Shown here: positions 47,320-56,675 of the stretch, one piece after another
How positions within the stretch are numbered: the first letter of the stretch is position 1
How the letters are laid out: each line of letters opens with the position of its first letter
From: Candidatus Sericytochromatia bacterium
Lineage (GTDB): Bacteria > Cyanobacteriota > Sericytochromatia > S15B-MN24 > UBA4093
DNA length: 64,000 nt
Assembly (NCBI GenBank): GCA_036676495.1
Contig: JAKFCT010000082.1
Coordinates: 1-64,000 of the forward strand
Direction of reading: 5' to 3'
Program-made: the position numbers and the translations under genes
The notes under the pieces: generated by a model
Told to the model about the DNA's origin: nothing
Database searches by the model: none
The model's input: only the letters and a program-made list of their open reading frames with translations

Positions 47320-48339
47320 ATGATCAATGCCACTACCCTTTCCCAGATCCTCCATGGGTTCGAGAAGACCCGCGTTCTGGTGCTCGGCGACCTGATCGCC
47401 GACGAGTTCCTCAACGGCGAGGTCACCCGGATTTCCCGCGAGGCTCCGGTGCTCATCCTGCGCCACCGGGCCACGGACGTGGTTCCCGGGGGAGCGGCCA
47501 ACGCCGCCGCCAACATGGCGAGCCTCGGCGGGCGGGTCGAAGTCGTGGGCGTCTTCGGGGAGGACACGTCGGGGGAGACCCTGGCCCAATCCCTGCTGGA
47601 GCGCGGCATCGACACCTCCGGCGTGGTGATCGACCCCGACCGGCCGACCACCACCAAGACCCGCATCTCGGCCTCGTCCCAGCAATCGGTCACCCAGCAG
47701 ATCGTGCGCGTGGACCGCGAGTCGCATGACCCGCTGTCGCCGGAGCTCGAGGACGCGGTGATCGCGGTGCTGGAGGAGCGGATTCCCGAGATCGACGGCC
47801 TGCTGATCTCGGACTACGGCAACGGCGTCCTGACCCCGCGGATCATCGCGGCGGCGCTCGAGCTGGCTCGCCGGCACGGCAAGCTGGTGACGGTGGACGC
47901 GCAGGGCGACCTCTCGGTCTTCAAGGGCGTGGCGGCGTTGACCCCCAACCAACCCGAGGCCGAGGGCGTGGTGGGCTTCCCCATCATCGACCAGGATTCG
48001 CTCAAGCGCGCCGGCAAGCGCCTCCTGGAGCTGACCGAGGCCCAGTCCGTGCTCATCACCCGCGGGGGCAACGGCATCGCGGTCTTCGAGGCTTCCGGGG
48101 AGATCACCCAGATCCCGGCCTTCAACCGGACGGAGGTCTTCGACGTGACCGGTGCGGGCGATACCGTGGTCGGCACCTTGACCCTGGCCTTGGCCGGCGG
48201 AGCGTCGTACGTGGAAGCCACCATCCTGGCCAACCTGGCGGCGTCCATCGTGGTCCGCCGCTTCGGGACCTCCACGACGACCGTCGAGGAGATGGAGCGG
48301 ACCTTCGCGACCATGCCCGAGGAGGTTTTCTTAAGATGA
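47320..48339 (+). CDS. rfaE1: Heptose-7-phosphate kinase (RfaE/HldE domain I)
   Basis: RISREAPV, PGGAANAAAN, SDYGNG, TPNQPE, DVTGAGDT. Confidence 0.9.
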   Translation: MINATTLSQILHGFEKTRVLVLGDLIADEFLNGEVTRISREAPVLILRHRATDVVPGGAANAAANMASLGGRVEVVGVFGEDTSGETLAQSLLERGIDTSGVVIDPDRPTTTKTRISASSQQSVTQQIVRVDRESHDPLSPELEDAVIAVLEERIPEIDGLLISDYGNGVLTPRIIAAALELARRHGKLVTVDAQGDLSVFKGVAALTPNQPEAEGVVGFPIIDQDSLKRAGKRLLELTEAQSVLITRGGNGIAVFEASGEITQIPAFNRTEVFDVTGAGDTVVGTLTLALAGGASYVEATILANLAASIVVRRFGTSTTTVEEMERTFATMPEEVFLR

Positions 48340-48812
48340 GCGCCAAGATTCTGACCCGCTCCGAGATGGAGCGCCTCGCCGAGACCTGGGCCCAGGACGG
48401 CTCGACGACGGTTTTCACGAACGGGTGCTTCGATCTGCTGCACGTGGGCCATACCCGTTACCTGCAGGCGGCGCGGGCGCTGGGCGATCGCCTCGTGCTC
48501 GGCCTCAACTCGGATGCCTCGGTTCAGGGCCTCAAGGGCCCCAGCCGCCCCATCCTGCCTCAGGACGAGCGCGCCGAGCTATTGGCCGCCCTGGAATGCG
48601 TCGATTACGTTCTGATCTTCGACGAGCCCACGGCGGATGAAGCCATCAAGGCGGTCCGTCCCTCGCTCTACGTGAAGGGCGGCGATTACGAGCCCGACAG
48701 CATCCCGGAGACCCCGCTCGTGCGCGCGCTGGGGGGCGAAGTCAAGGTCCTGCCCTTCGTCGAAGGCCGCTCCACCACCAGCCTGGTCGCACGGATCCAG
48801 TCACTCGGGTAG
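48336..48812 (+). CDS. rfaE2: Heptose-1-phosphate adenylyltransferase (RfaE/HldE domain II)
   Basis: FTNGCFDLLHVGH, NSDASV, KGGDY, STT. Confidence 0.92.
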   Translation: MSAKILTRSEMERLAETWAQDGSTTVFTNGCFDLLHVGHTRYLQAARALGDRLVLGLNSDASVQGLKGPSRPILPQDERAELLAALECVDYVLIFDEPTADEAIKAVRPSLYVKGGDYEPDSIPETPLVRALGGEVKVLPFVEGRSTTSLVARIQSLG

Positions 48813-48835
48813 CCTCCCTGGGCTGCAGCCGTCCA

Positions 48836-48960
48836 CTGGATTCCTGCTTGCGCGGGAATGACAGGGTATCTGTGGGGCAGCTCTTTCTGCGGTTTGTGGG
48901 GCGGGCCTCCGCGCCCGCCAAGGCTTCCATGCTCGCCAGGGCTTCCATGCTCTTGCCAAG
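48836..48960. repeat. Cluster of short extragenic palindromes and 18-bp direct repeats
   Basis: GATTCCTGC-ttgc-GCGGGAATGAC; GTGGGGCGGGC-ctccgc-GCCCGCC; GGCTTCCATGCTC x2. Confidence 0.6.
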
Positions 48961-49045
48961 GGGCCCGATTCTCGTCAAAATCAATAGGTTTCCCCGTCAG
49001 AGGCCCATGCCCCCGGGGAAAGCGACTTAGGAAGTCCAGAGGAGA

Positions 49046-49567
49046 GTGTCCAAGGTGATCGACGCGCAAGGTAAGCTGTTCGGACGGGTCAACGTCCTCG
49101 ACCTGCTTCTATTGGTAGTGGTTTTCGTTTCCGCCCTCGGCGTGGTCCTGGCCCGCACCGGAAACGCCGGAGTCAATCAGGTCCTCAAGGGCGAGGGAAC
49201 GGCCGAGGTCGACCTCTTCTTCCGCGGCTCCATCTCCGATCCGAGCATGTTCAAGGTCGGGGATTCGACCTTCATCACCATTCGCAACCAGCCTCACGCC
49301 TCCCTGAAGATCGTGGGCGTCAAGGTCACCCCCAAGATGATCACCATGCCGGCTCCCGGGGGCGTGAAGGCCTACCCCGATCCCTCCGAGCCCTTCGGCA
49401 AGGACGTGGTCCTGACCGTTCGGGAGAAGGCGCAGTTCACCGAGGACGCCGTCATCATGGGTGGCCAGAAGATCAAGGTCGGCGTGCCGATCGAGGTCGA
49501 AGGCTTCAAGTACCGCCTGCGGGGCTCCATCGTGGACGTCCGCGTCGTCTCGCAGCCCAAGCTCTAA
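49046..49567 (+). CDS. DUF4330-like membrane-anchored protein
   Basis: IDxxGKLFGRVNVLD, TM segment, IRNQP, KIKVGVPIEVEG. Confidence 0.75.
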   Translation: MSKVIDAQGKLFGRVNVLDLLLLVVVFVSALGVVLARTGNAGVNQVLKGEGTAEVDLFFRGSISDPSMFKVGDSTFITIRNQPHASLKIVGVKVTPKMITMPAPGGVKAYPDPSEPFGKDVVLTVREKAQFTEDAVIMGGQKIKVGVPIEVEGFKYRLRGSIVDVRVVSQPKL

Positions 49568-51031
49568 ATGGCGACCCACCCCGAACGCTATCCCCTGGGG
49601 GGGGCGCCCGCGGCACCGGCCGAGCACGCCCCCGCATGGCTCGTCTCGACCATGGCGGCCCTGGGCTTGATGACGTGCGAGGGCGCGTGGTCCGAAACTC
49701 TCCGCACCTCGCTTCCGGTCCGGGCCCTGCGGGCCTCCCGGGCGGGCCTCGATCGCTTCCTGCAACCCCTCATGGCCTCTTCTCTGGCCGCCCGCCTCGC
49801 CCCGGCCTTCGCCGTCCTGAGCGTCGCGCTCCTCCTTCTGGCCTCGCCCTACGTCGGCACCGGCCTGAATGCGCTCCTGGTCCTCGTCGCCTTCGCGGCC
49901 TTCGCCTTCAAGGCGGTGACCCACCCGCCCCACGACCGGGACCATACCGCCCTCGACCTTCCCTTCCTGGCCATGGTCGCCCTCACGCTCGTCGCGGCGG
50001 CCTTCTCGCCTTACCTGATCTTGAGCCTCAAGGGGCTCGCCAAGCTCGTCGTCTTCTGGATGGCCTTCTACGCCTTCCGGGGTGTGCTGGCGCGCAAGGA
50101 AGCCTGGGTCCCGGTGCTGGCCGCCCTGCTCGTGGCGGCCCTGGCGCAGTCGCTCTACGGGGTCTACCAGTGGACGATCGACGTGCCTCCCCTGGCCCTC
50201 TGGGATGATGCCGAGTCCGAGATCCAGCTGACGCGGGTTTACGGCACCCTCTTGAACCCCAACCTGCTCGGCGGATACCTGGTTCCGATCCTGCCCCTCG
50301 CGGCGGCCGGAGTCGTGGCCTTCCGCCACTGGGCCCTGAGGGGCCTCGGGCTGCTCACCCTGCTCGCGGGGAGCGCGTGCCTGTACTTCACCTATTCGCG
50401 CGGCGCCTGGCTGGCTTACGCCGCCGAGCTCGGCGTCCTCGCCGTCGCCGCCCTGGCCTGGGCATGGCCCCTCATCAAGCGGGACTGGCGCCTCAAGCTG
50501 GCCCTCGGGATCGTCGCGGCCATCGCTCTGGGGGCCGGTATCTACCTCTTCATGGACTCGCCCGTCCTGCAGCAGCGGGTGGCGAGCATGTTCGCCACCC
50601 GGGACCACTCGTCCAACTCCTTCCGGATGAACGTCTGGCTCGGCGTGATCGCCATGATCCAGGATTCCTGGTGGGCCGGGGTCGGCATCGGGAACGAGAC
50701 CTTCCAGAAGGTCTACGGCCTCTACATGATTTCCGGCTTCGAGGCCCTGGGCGCCTATAACATCTTCCTGGAGGTCGCCGTCGAGACCGGAGTCTTCGGC
50801 CTTCTGGCTTTCCTCTGGGTCGTGCTGGCTGCCGTCGCGCGCAGCACCTTCCATGCCCTGCGGGGAGAGGCCCGTCCATGGGCCGTGGCGGCGATCGCCG
50901 GTCTCCTGGGCTTGATGGTCCACGGCCTCGTCGATACCGTCTTTTATCGCCCCAGCGTCCAGATTCTCTTCTGGCTCTTGCTGGCCATGATTATCCGGCT
51001 GCCGGTGGCAGCTCAGGGAGAACGCGCATGA
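49568..51031 (+). CDS. IctB / O-antigen ligase family membrane protein
   Basis: TRVYGTLLNPNLLGGYL, TYSRGAW, SSNSFRMNVW, GIGNxxFxxVY. Confidence 0.85.
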   Translation: MATHPERYPLGGAPAAPAEHAPAWLVSTMAALGLMTCEGAWSETLRTSLPVRALRASRAGLDRFLQPLMASSLAARLAPAFAVLSVALLLLASPYVGTGLNALLVLVAFAAFAFKAVTHPPHDRDHTALDLPFLAMVALTLVAAAFSPYLILSLKGLAKLVVFWMAFYAFRGVLARKEAWVPVLAALLVAALAQSLYGVYQWTIDVPPLALWDDAESEIQLTRVYGTLLNPNLLGGYLVPILPLAAAGVVAFRHWALRGLGLLTLLAGSACLYFTYSRGAWLAYAAELGVLAVAALAWAWPLIKRDWRLKLALGIVAAIALGAGIYLFMDSPVLQQRVASMFATRDHSSNSFRMNVWLGVIAMIQDSWWAGVGIGNETFQKVYGLYMISGFEALGAYNIFLEVAVETGVFGLLAFLWVVLAAVARSTFHALRGEARPWAVAAIAGLLGLMVHGLVDTVFYRPSVQILFWLLLAMIIRLPVAAQGERA

Positions 51032-52176
51032 TCCCCACCGACTCCTCGATCCAGCGGATCCTCGCCATCAACTTCGGCGGGATCGGCGACGAGATCCTGT
51101 TCTTCCCCGTGATCCAGGGCCTCCGCGAGACCTACCCCAATTCCCGGATCACCATGCTGGTGGAGCCCCGCTGTGCGGGCATCGGAGCCTTCAACCCGGC
51201 CATCGACGAGGTGCTCACCTTCGACATCAAGGCCAAGCCCGGCCCCGCCGAGCTGATGGCCCTGGTCGGCGAGCTGCGCAAGCGCAAGTTCGACCTTGCC
51301 ATCTCGTCCGGCGGCTCAGCCCTGGTGCCGGTCCTCCTCTGGCTCACGGGGGCGCGCTACCGCGCCGGCTACGGCGCGAGCAAGACCGCTCGCCTGCTCA
51401 CCTACAAGGCCCCGCTCAACAAGCAGCAGTACGCCGCGGACATGTACTACGACCTGATCCGGGAGTGGGTGCCCAGCCCGGAGCGGCTGCCGCAGGTGGC
51501 GATCGCCCCGGCGGACCGCCTCTGGGCCAAGGAGTTCATGGCCGCCCAGGGCGTGCAGCCCGGTGAATCCGTCGTCATGCTCCATCCCGGCTGCAGCCGC
51601 CTCAGCGTGATCAAGGGCTTCATCAAGAGCTGGGAACCCTCGAAATGGGCCGAGCTCGCCCGCCGGCTCGACGCCGAGGGCGTCCGCGTCCTGATCGCCG
51701 GCGGCCCCGACGACGAGGAGACCCTCGCCGCCATTCGCGCCGAGCTGGCCAACCGGCCCAGCGCCGGCGGCTCACCGATTAGCGCCGGCGGCTCACCGAT
51801 TAGCGCCGGCGGCTCACCGATTATTGATGCCTACGGCCAGACCAAGGGTCTGGGGCAACTGGCGGCCTTGATCGAGCAAGCAAGCGTCCTGGTCGCCGTT
51901 GATTCGGCTCCCATGCACCTGGGCATTGCCGTGGGTCGCCCGACCGTGGCGATCTTCGGGCCGACCGATCCCAAGAAGCTGCTTCCCGAGGGCACCATTC
52001 ACCAGGCCGTCCACGTCTCGGGCCTCGAGTGCCGGCCTTGCCTCTGGGATCGTCGCCAGACCACCTGCGAGGCGCTCACGTGCCTTAAGGATCTCTCGGT
52101 GGACATGGTCGACCAGGCCGTCCACCGGGTGCTTCCCGCCAAGCGTCCGGGACCCGTCGACTCGAACACCCACTAG
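51028..52176 (+). CDS. Glycosyltransferase family 9 (heptosyltransferase-like)
   Basis: GGIGDEILFFP, LHPG, DSAPMHL, IFGPT. Confidence 0.9.
   Translation: MIPTDSSIQRILAINFGGIGDEILFFPVIQGLRETYPNSRITMLVEPRCAGIGAFNPAIDEVLTFDIKAKPGPAELMALVGELRKRKFDLAISSGGSALVPVLLWLTGARYRAGYGASKTARLLTYKAPLNKQQYAADMYYDLIREWVPSPERLPQVAIAPADRLWAKEFMAAQGVQPGESVVMLHPGCSRLSVIKGFIKSWEPSKWAELARRLDAEGVRVLIAGGPDDEETLAAIRAELANRPSAGGSPISAGGSPISAGGSPIIDAYGQTKGLGQLAALIEQASVLVAVDSAPMHLGIAVGRPTVAIFGPTDPKKLLPEGTIHQAVHVSGLECRPCLWDRRQTTCEALTCLKDLSVDMVDQAVHRVLPAKRPGPVDSNTH
51760..51822 (+). repeat. 21-bp perfect tandem repeat x3 inside the GT9 gene (SAGGSPI)
   Basis: AGCGCCGGCGGCTCACCGATT x3. Confidence 0.95.
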
Positions 52177-52214
52177 CCATCCTCATTCTCTAGAACTAGC
52201 CAGGAGCCAACCCC

Positions 52215-52712
52215 ATGTCCGACAAGTCCGACGAAATCCAGGTGGCCGTCGCGAAGATCCCGACCCTGCTCGCGACCGAAGAGGCCCAAGCGGCCTTCGG
52301 GCCCGGCGAGCGCGAAGGGGCCGCGTGGCTCCATGGTGCGAACGCCCTGGCCGACCAGGCCGACGAGTCCGTCGACGAGATCCAGGCCAGCTTCGAGGTG
52401 CCCCTGACCGAGAACGAGAGCGATTTCGCCCTCTTCGATCAGCTGGCGGAAGGCTGGAATGACCAGCCGCCCAGCGAAGAAGAGCTGGCGACGATCTCCC
52501 TGGGCTGGGGAGCCTACCTCGGCGAGGTGATCCGCAACGTGCTCGGAGGCAAATGGGTCCTGCGGGCCGATTCCGAGCACGCCAGTCTCTACTTCGAGCG
52601 ACTGGGCGTCGAGTTCTTCCCCGTCCACGCCGTCATCCGGCGCTTCATGCTCGGTATCGACGCCTCCCTCGAGGCGGAGTACGAGCGCCTGGTCGAAACC
52701 CTCACGCAATAA
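52215..52712 (+). CDS. Acidic hypothetical protein
   Basis: SD AGGAG, typical codon usage, GAYLGEVIRxxxGGxW motif. Confidence 0.7.
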   Translation: MSDKSDEIQVAVAKIPTLLATEEAQAAFGPGEREGAAWLHGANALADQADESVDEIQASFEVPLTENESDFALFDQLAEGWNDQPPSEEELATISLGWGAYLGEVIRNVLGGKWVLRADSEHASLYFERLGVEFFPVHAVIRRFMLGIDASLEAEYERLVETLTQ

Positions 52713-52876
52713 AATCTTCCCTATCTTGTCCCCCCTTGACGGGGGGACGGGGCAAAGCCCCAGGGGGGTGTTGGCCGGCGCAGCCAAGGCGTTCCTCGTT
52801 TTAAGGAACCTGGGAGCAGTAACACCCCCCTGGCTTCGCCAGTCCCCCCGTCAAGGGGGGACAAGAAATGGAAAAT
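52713..52876. repeat. REP-doublet/MITE-like palindromic element, copy 2 (core inverted)
   Basis: Same 23-mer inverted repeats; interior is the near reverse complement of copy 1. Confidence 0.85.
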
Positions 52877-52883
52877 CAATGGG

Positions 52884-52910
52884 CAAGTTTTCCGGGGACG
52901 CTTCCGATAA
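52884..52910 (+). promoter_or_regulatory. Sigma28 (FliA/SigD)-like promoter
   Basis: CAAGTTTT-N11-TCCGATAA versus consensus TAAAGTTT-N11-GCCGATAA. Confidence 0.55.
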
Positions 52911-52982
52911 GGTTAATGGAAGCTTAAGTCTATCACGTCAGGTTAACCTGTGCGTCGATTCCACCGGAAAGGGAGCAGGCCC

Positions 52983-53288
52983 ATGCGCAAGATCCTCTCG
53001 TTCGTATCGCCGGAGCTCGGCATCACCTACCAGGAGCTTTACGGGGAGCTGGCGGATCGCGCGGAGACGACCTTCGAGGAGGCGACCCGCCGCTTCCCCC
53101 CCGATGAGGCCGTTACCGCCTTGCAGTACCACCGCCGGATGGCCGAGCGGCGGCAAGTCTACCGGGACCTCGCCGAGCGTCTCGGGGTCAGCGCCGACGT
53201 CGTTTTCGCGGCCTGCACCACCGAAGGCGCGAAAAAGCTGCTGGATGCGCTCGACGCCAAGGCCATGCCGCTCGCAGCCGCCCAGTAA
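52983..53288 (+). CDS. Small helical hypothetical protein
   Basis: SD GGGAG, ATG at 52983, terminator hairpin follows. Confidence 0.65.
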   Translation: MRKILSFVSPELGITYQELYGELADRAETTFEEATRRFPPDEAVTALQYHRRMAERRQVYRDLAERLGVSADVVFAACTTEGAKKLLDALDAKAMPLAAAQ

Positions 53289-53300
53289 CTTGACTTCCGC

Positions 53301-53339
53301 TCGCCCCCTGGTCTGAAACCCAGGGGGCGAGATTTCTTT
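53301..53339 (+). terminator. Intrinsic terminator
   Basis: TCGCCCCCTGG...CCAGGGGGCGA-gatttcttt. Confidence 0.7.
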
Positions 53340-53383
53340 GGGGAGGACTTGTAGGACAGGCAAGCGCGTGGTACAAGACCCAC

Positions 53384-54781
53384 GTGACACAACGATTCCT
53401 CCTTATCATCATGCTGATGGCGGCGCTCCTCGTTCCGGCGATCCCGGCGCAGGCCGTGACCTACACGGTCCACTCCGATGCGGAGGGGACCACTTTTCGC
53501 TTCTTCGCTCAGAACCCGAAGCTGATCCGGAAGGTCGGCCTGGCGGAGGGCATCCGGTATGACGTCTCGGTGGCCCATTCGGCGCGCTACACGCTAAAGA
53601 AGCCCCTGGGCCGCGGCCCCATCCGGGAAGTGACGATCGTCCAGCGCGGGAAGAAGGCCTCGGTGAGCTTGCACTGGCGCTTCCCGGTGGCTCCCAACCC
53701 CCAGTTCACTCGGGGACGGATGGAGCTCTACTGGCCCCATGAACTCGGCAGGACCACGTCCAGCCGCCTGGCGGACGGGGTGATGCTGACCCGGACGCAT
53801 CGCTTCACGCCGGCCGGCCCCCAGGTGATTCACGTGGTGCGGGCCGACCTCTCGAAGGCCTCGCTCATCCCGCAACTGGCCGTCGGCGACGGAGACGGCT
53901 TCGGGCTGGAGCCCGTGGGCTCCATTGCCCGCCGCTCGAAGGCCTTGGCGGCCATCAACGGAAGCTTCTTCTCCCCCAAGGGCGGCGAACCCATCGGGCT
54001 CCTGGTCCTCGACGGGCAGATCATCTCGTCGAGCTATTACAACCGCTCGGTCTTCGGGATCCGTCACGACGGCACCTGCTTCATCGACAACGCCAAGCTG
54101 CTGGCGGCGGTTCGCCTGGAGCGTGAGGACAAGGTCTTCATCGCCAACGGCGTCAACCAGAACGCGAGCCGCGACAAGATCGTCCTCTACACCCATCACT
54201 ACGGCCATCGCACCCGGACCGTGCCCGATCCCAGCCGCCGGGAGTTCGCGATCGCGGAGGATGGGACCGTGCTCGCCGCGGCGACGGGCAACATGGAGAT
54301 CCCGCGCAACGGCTACGTCCTCTCGGCCCAGGGGGAGGCCATCTGGAACCTCAAGAAGTTCATGCGCGTCGGGGACCGGGCCCATGTCTACTCCGAGCTG
54401 AACGGCCTCTGGCGCGGCGTCAAGTATGCGATCGGCGGTGGCCCCACCCTGGTCGAGCGCGGGCACGTCAACGTCACGGCCAAGGAGGAGCGCTTCGGGC
54501 CTCAGATCGCCCGGGGACGCGCGCCGCGCACCGCCATCGGCTACCTCGGCGCCAAGGAGGTCGTGCTGGTGACCGTTGACGGTCGCCACCAGCACTCGGT
54601 GGGGATGACCCTCTACGAGCTGGCTCGCTACCTCAGGGGCATCGGCGTGATGGATGCCATCAACCTCGACGGGGGCGGATCCACGACCCTGGTGGTGGGC
54701 GGCCGCACCATGAACCGTCCCAGCGACGGCCACGAGCGCCCGGTCAACAACGCCCTCTTGCTCAGCGTCGGACGCCGCTAG
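53384..54781 (+). CDS. Secreted phosphodiester glycosidase (NAGPA/DUF2233) family protein
   Basis: Signal peptide, AAINGSFF, RAPRTAIG, TVDGR, AINLDGGGST. Confidence 0.88.
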   Translation: MTQRFLLIIMLMAALLVPAIPAQAVTYTVHSDAEGTTFRFFAQNPKLIRKVGLAEGIRYDVSVAHSARYTLKKPLGRGPIREVTIVQRGKKASVSLHWRFPVAPNPQFTRGRMELYWPHELGRTTSSRLADGVMLTRTHRFTPAGPQVIHVVRADLSKASLIPQLAVGDGDGFGLEPVGSIARRSKALAAINGSFFSPKGGEPIGLLVLDGQIISSSYYNRSVFGIRHDGTCFIDNAKLLAAVRLEREDKVFIANGVNQNASRDKIVLYTHHYGHRTRTVPDPSRREFAIAEDGTVLAAATGNMEIPRNGYVLSAQGEAIWNLKKFMRVGDRAHVYSELNGLWRGVKYAIGGGPTLVERGHVNVTAKEERFGPQIARGRAPRTAIGYLGAKEVVLVTVDGRHQHSVGMTLYELARYLRGIGVMDAINLDGGGSTTLVVGGRTMNRPSDGHERPVNNALLLSVGRR

Positions 54782-54825
54782 CTCCTCGCCTGGCGCCCCC
54801 CGGCTCGTACGGCTATAATGGGGGC

Positions 54826-55179
54826 GTGGAAACCTTCGTTGGCTTCGGAGCTTGGCGTAATGCCGCCGTCTTGCTCAACCTCGTGGCGTTTTTCTTCGGC
54901 TTCTCCGCATTCAGCGTGGGCCTGCTCATTGCTGCGCGCGTGAAGCGCCTGCTGACGGGCTCGCAGGGTGGGATGCTCGTGGGCCTGGTTCACGCCTTCC
55001 TGCTCGCGTCGGGGACCTTGGCCCTGCGCTCCCTCGCCATCATCCTCTTTCACCTGAATCTCCTGCCGCGCATGCTGGCGCTTCCCGTGGCCGATCTCTC
55101 TCTGCTCGCCCTGGGCGGGGCGCTCTTCTGGGCGTACCTCGTTTTCGAACGCTTCCTCGATAGCAAGGAGAACGCGTGA
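54826..55179 (+). CDS. Small membrane protein (3-4 TM)
   Basis: Hydrophobic segments; TATAAT 6 nt before the GTG. Confidence 0.6.
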   Translation: METFVGFGAWRNAAVLLNLVAFFFGFSAFSVGLLIAARVKRLLTGSQGGMLVGLVHAFLLASGTLALRSLAIILFHLNLLPRMLALPVADLSLLALGGALFWAYLVFERFLDSKENA

Positions 55180-55359
55180 GGACGGATCTTCGGCCGTCGC
55201 GCCTCCGGTAAGATCGGTCACAGCCTTCCTTCCCGCCGCCGTGGTACTCCCGATCATGGGGGAGTTTCACTCGCCGGTCGTTGCTTCAGGTCTGCTTCGC
55301 TTTCCAGCGAGAGCCGCAGGCGCTCCGCAACAGCCGCTGGCGCTAGGGGGAGGATGTGG

Positions 55360-56562
55360 ATGAAGGCGGCCTACTTCGATTGCTTCAATGGGGCGAGTGA
55401 GCCCATGCTGCTTGCGGCCCTTCTCGACGCGGGGGCCGACGTCGATCGGCTTCGCGCGGAGCTCACGGCCCTGGTCCCCGACGGCTGCACCCTCAGTCTC
55501 TTCCGGGATCCCGGCGCGCTGGGCGTGCGGGTCGAGGTCCTGGCTCCGGCAGGGGCCTCGCTCAAGGAGATGAAGGACGTCGTCGCGTTCTTGCAGGCCT
55601 CCACGCTCCCCAAGTCGGTCCAAGAGCGGACGCTCCGGGCGTATCACAAGCTTGCTCTCGCCGAGGCCAAGCTCGGCGGGACCACCTCCGATCGGGTCTT
55701 CCTGCGCGAGCATGGCGCGCTCGAGCGCTTCCTCACCGTGGTCGCGATCAGCCTCGCCGTCGACATGCTGGGGCTTTCGGTCCTTTACGCCTCCCCGCTT
55801 CCGATGGGCTCCGGCCTGGTGCGGACGGCGCAGGGGCTCTTGCCCAACCCGCAGCCGCTGGTGGTCGAGATCCTGGCGGGGGTGCCGATCTATGACAACG
55901 GCGAGCCCGGAGAGAAGGTGACTCCCCTGGCGGCGGCCTTGCTGGCGACGATGATCCGAGAGTTCGGGGCGCTGCCGGCTTTCCGGCTGGAGGCCCAGGG
56001 CTGGGGCCGGGGCCCGGCCGCGACCGAAGGGGGCTTGCCGCAGGCCATGCGGGTCCTGCTGGGGCAGTTGCAGGCGGCGGGCGGCGAAGGTCGCGAGACG
56101 GTCTCGGTGATCGAGACCAACATCGACGACTCCAATCCGCAGTTCTACGAGTACGTGGTGGAGAAGCTCTTTGCCGAGGGGGCGTTGGACGTCTTCCTGA
56201 CGCCGGTGATCATGAAGCGGGGCCGACCGGCGATCAAGCTGACGGTGATCGCCCCGAACGAGAAGGTGGAGGCGCTGGGGGCGATCATCTTCGCGGAGAC
56301 GCCATCGATCGGGCTGCGGACCTACCAGGCGGAACGGCAGGTGCTCAGCCGGGAGATCCTGTCGATCCGGACGGATTTCGGGCCGATCCGGGTGAAGGTG
56401 GCGCGGCAGATGGGGGCGATCGCCAACCTCATGCCGGAGTACAAGGATTGCGTGACCGCGGCCCGCATGCAGGGCGTTCCCTTGAAGGTGGTCTGGCAAG
56501 CGACGGTGGCGCAGGCGCTGCAAGAAGTCGGGGGGCCGGGACTGCCGTCGCCGCACGCATGA
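55360..56562 (+). CDS. LarC-like (nickel insertase family) protein, degenerate N-terminal half
   Basis: YFDCFxG, IETNIDD, GALDV, MKRGRP, ETPSIGLR, PEYKDC. Confidence 0.8.
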   Translation: MKAAYFDCFNGASEPMLLAALLDAGADVDRLRAELTALVPDGCTLSLFRDPGALGVRVEVLAPAGASLKEMKDVVAFLQASTLPKSVQERTLRAYHKLALAEAKLGGTTSDRVFLREHGALERFLTVVAISLAVDMLGLSVLYASPLPMGSGLVRTAQGLLPNPQPLVVEILAGVPIYDNGEPGEKVTPLAAALLATMIREFGALPAFRLEAQGWGRGPAATEGGLPQAMRVLLGQLQAAGGEGRETVSVIETNIDDSNPQFYEYVVEKLFAEGALDVFLTPVIMKRGRPAIKLTVIAPNEKVEALGAIIFAETPSIGLRTYQAERQVLSREILSIRTDFGPIRVKVARQMGAIANLMPEYKDCVTAARMQGVPLKVVWQATVAQALQEVGGPGLPSPHA

Positions 56563-56675
56563 CGCCTCCTCTCATGCTGGACATGCCGCGTGGGCTTCGC
56601 CATCATGAGGGCACCGCGAGGCCCGCGGCAGCGGGAAGCGCCCGCGGCCCCGGCATCAATAAAGGAGCTTGCGCC

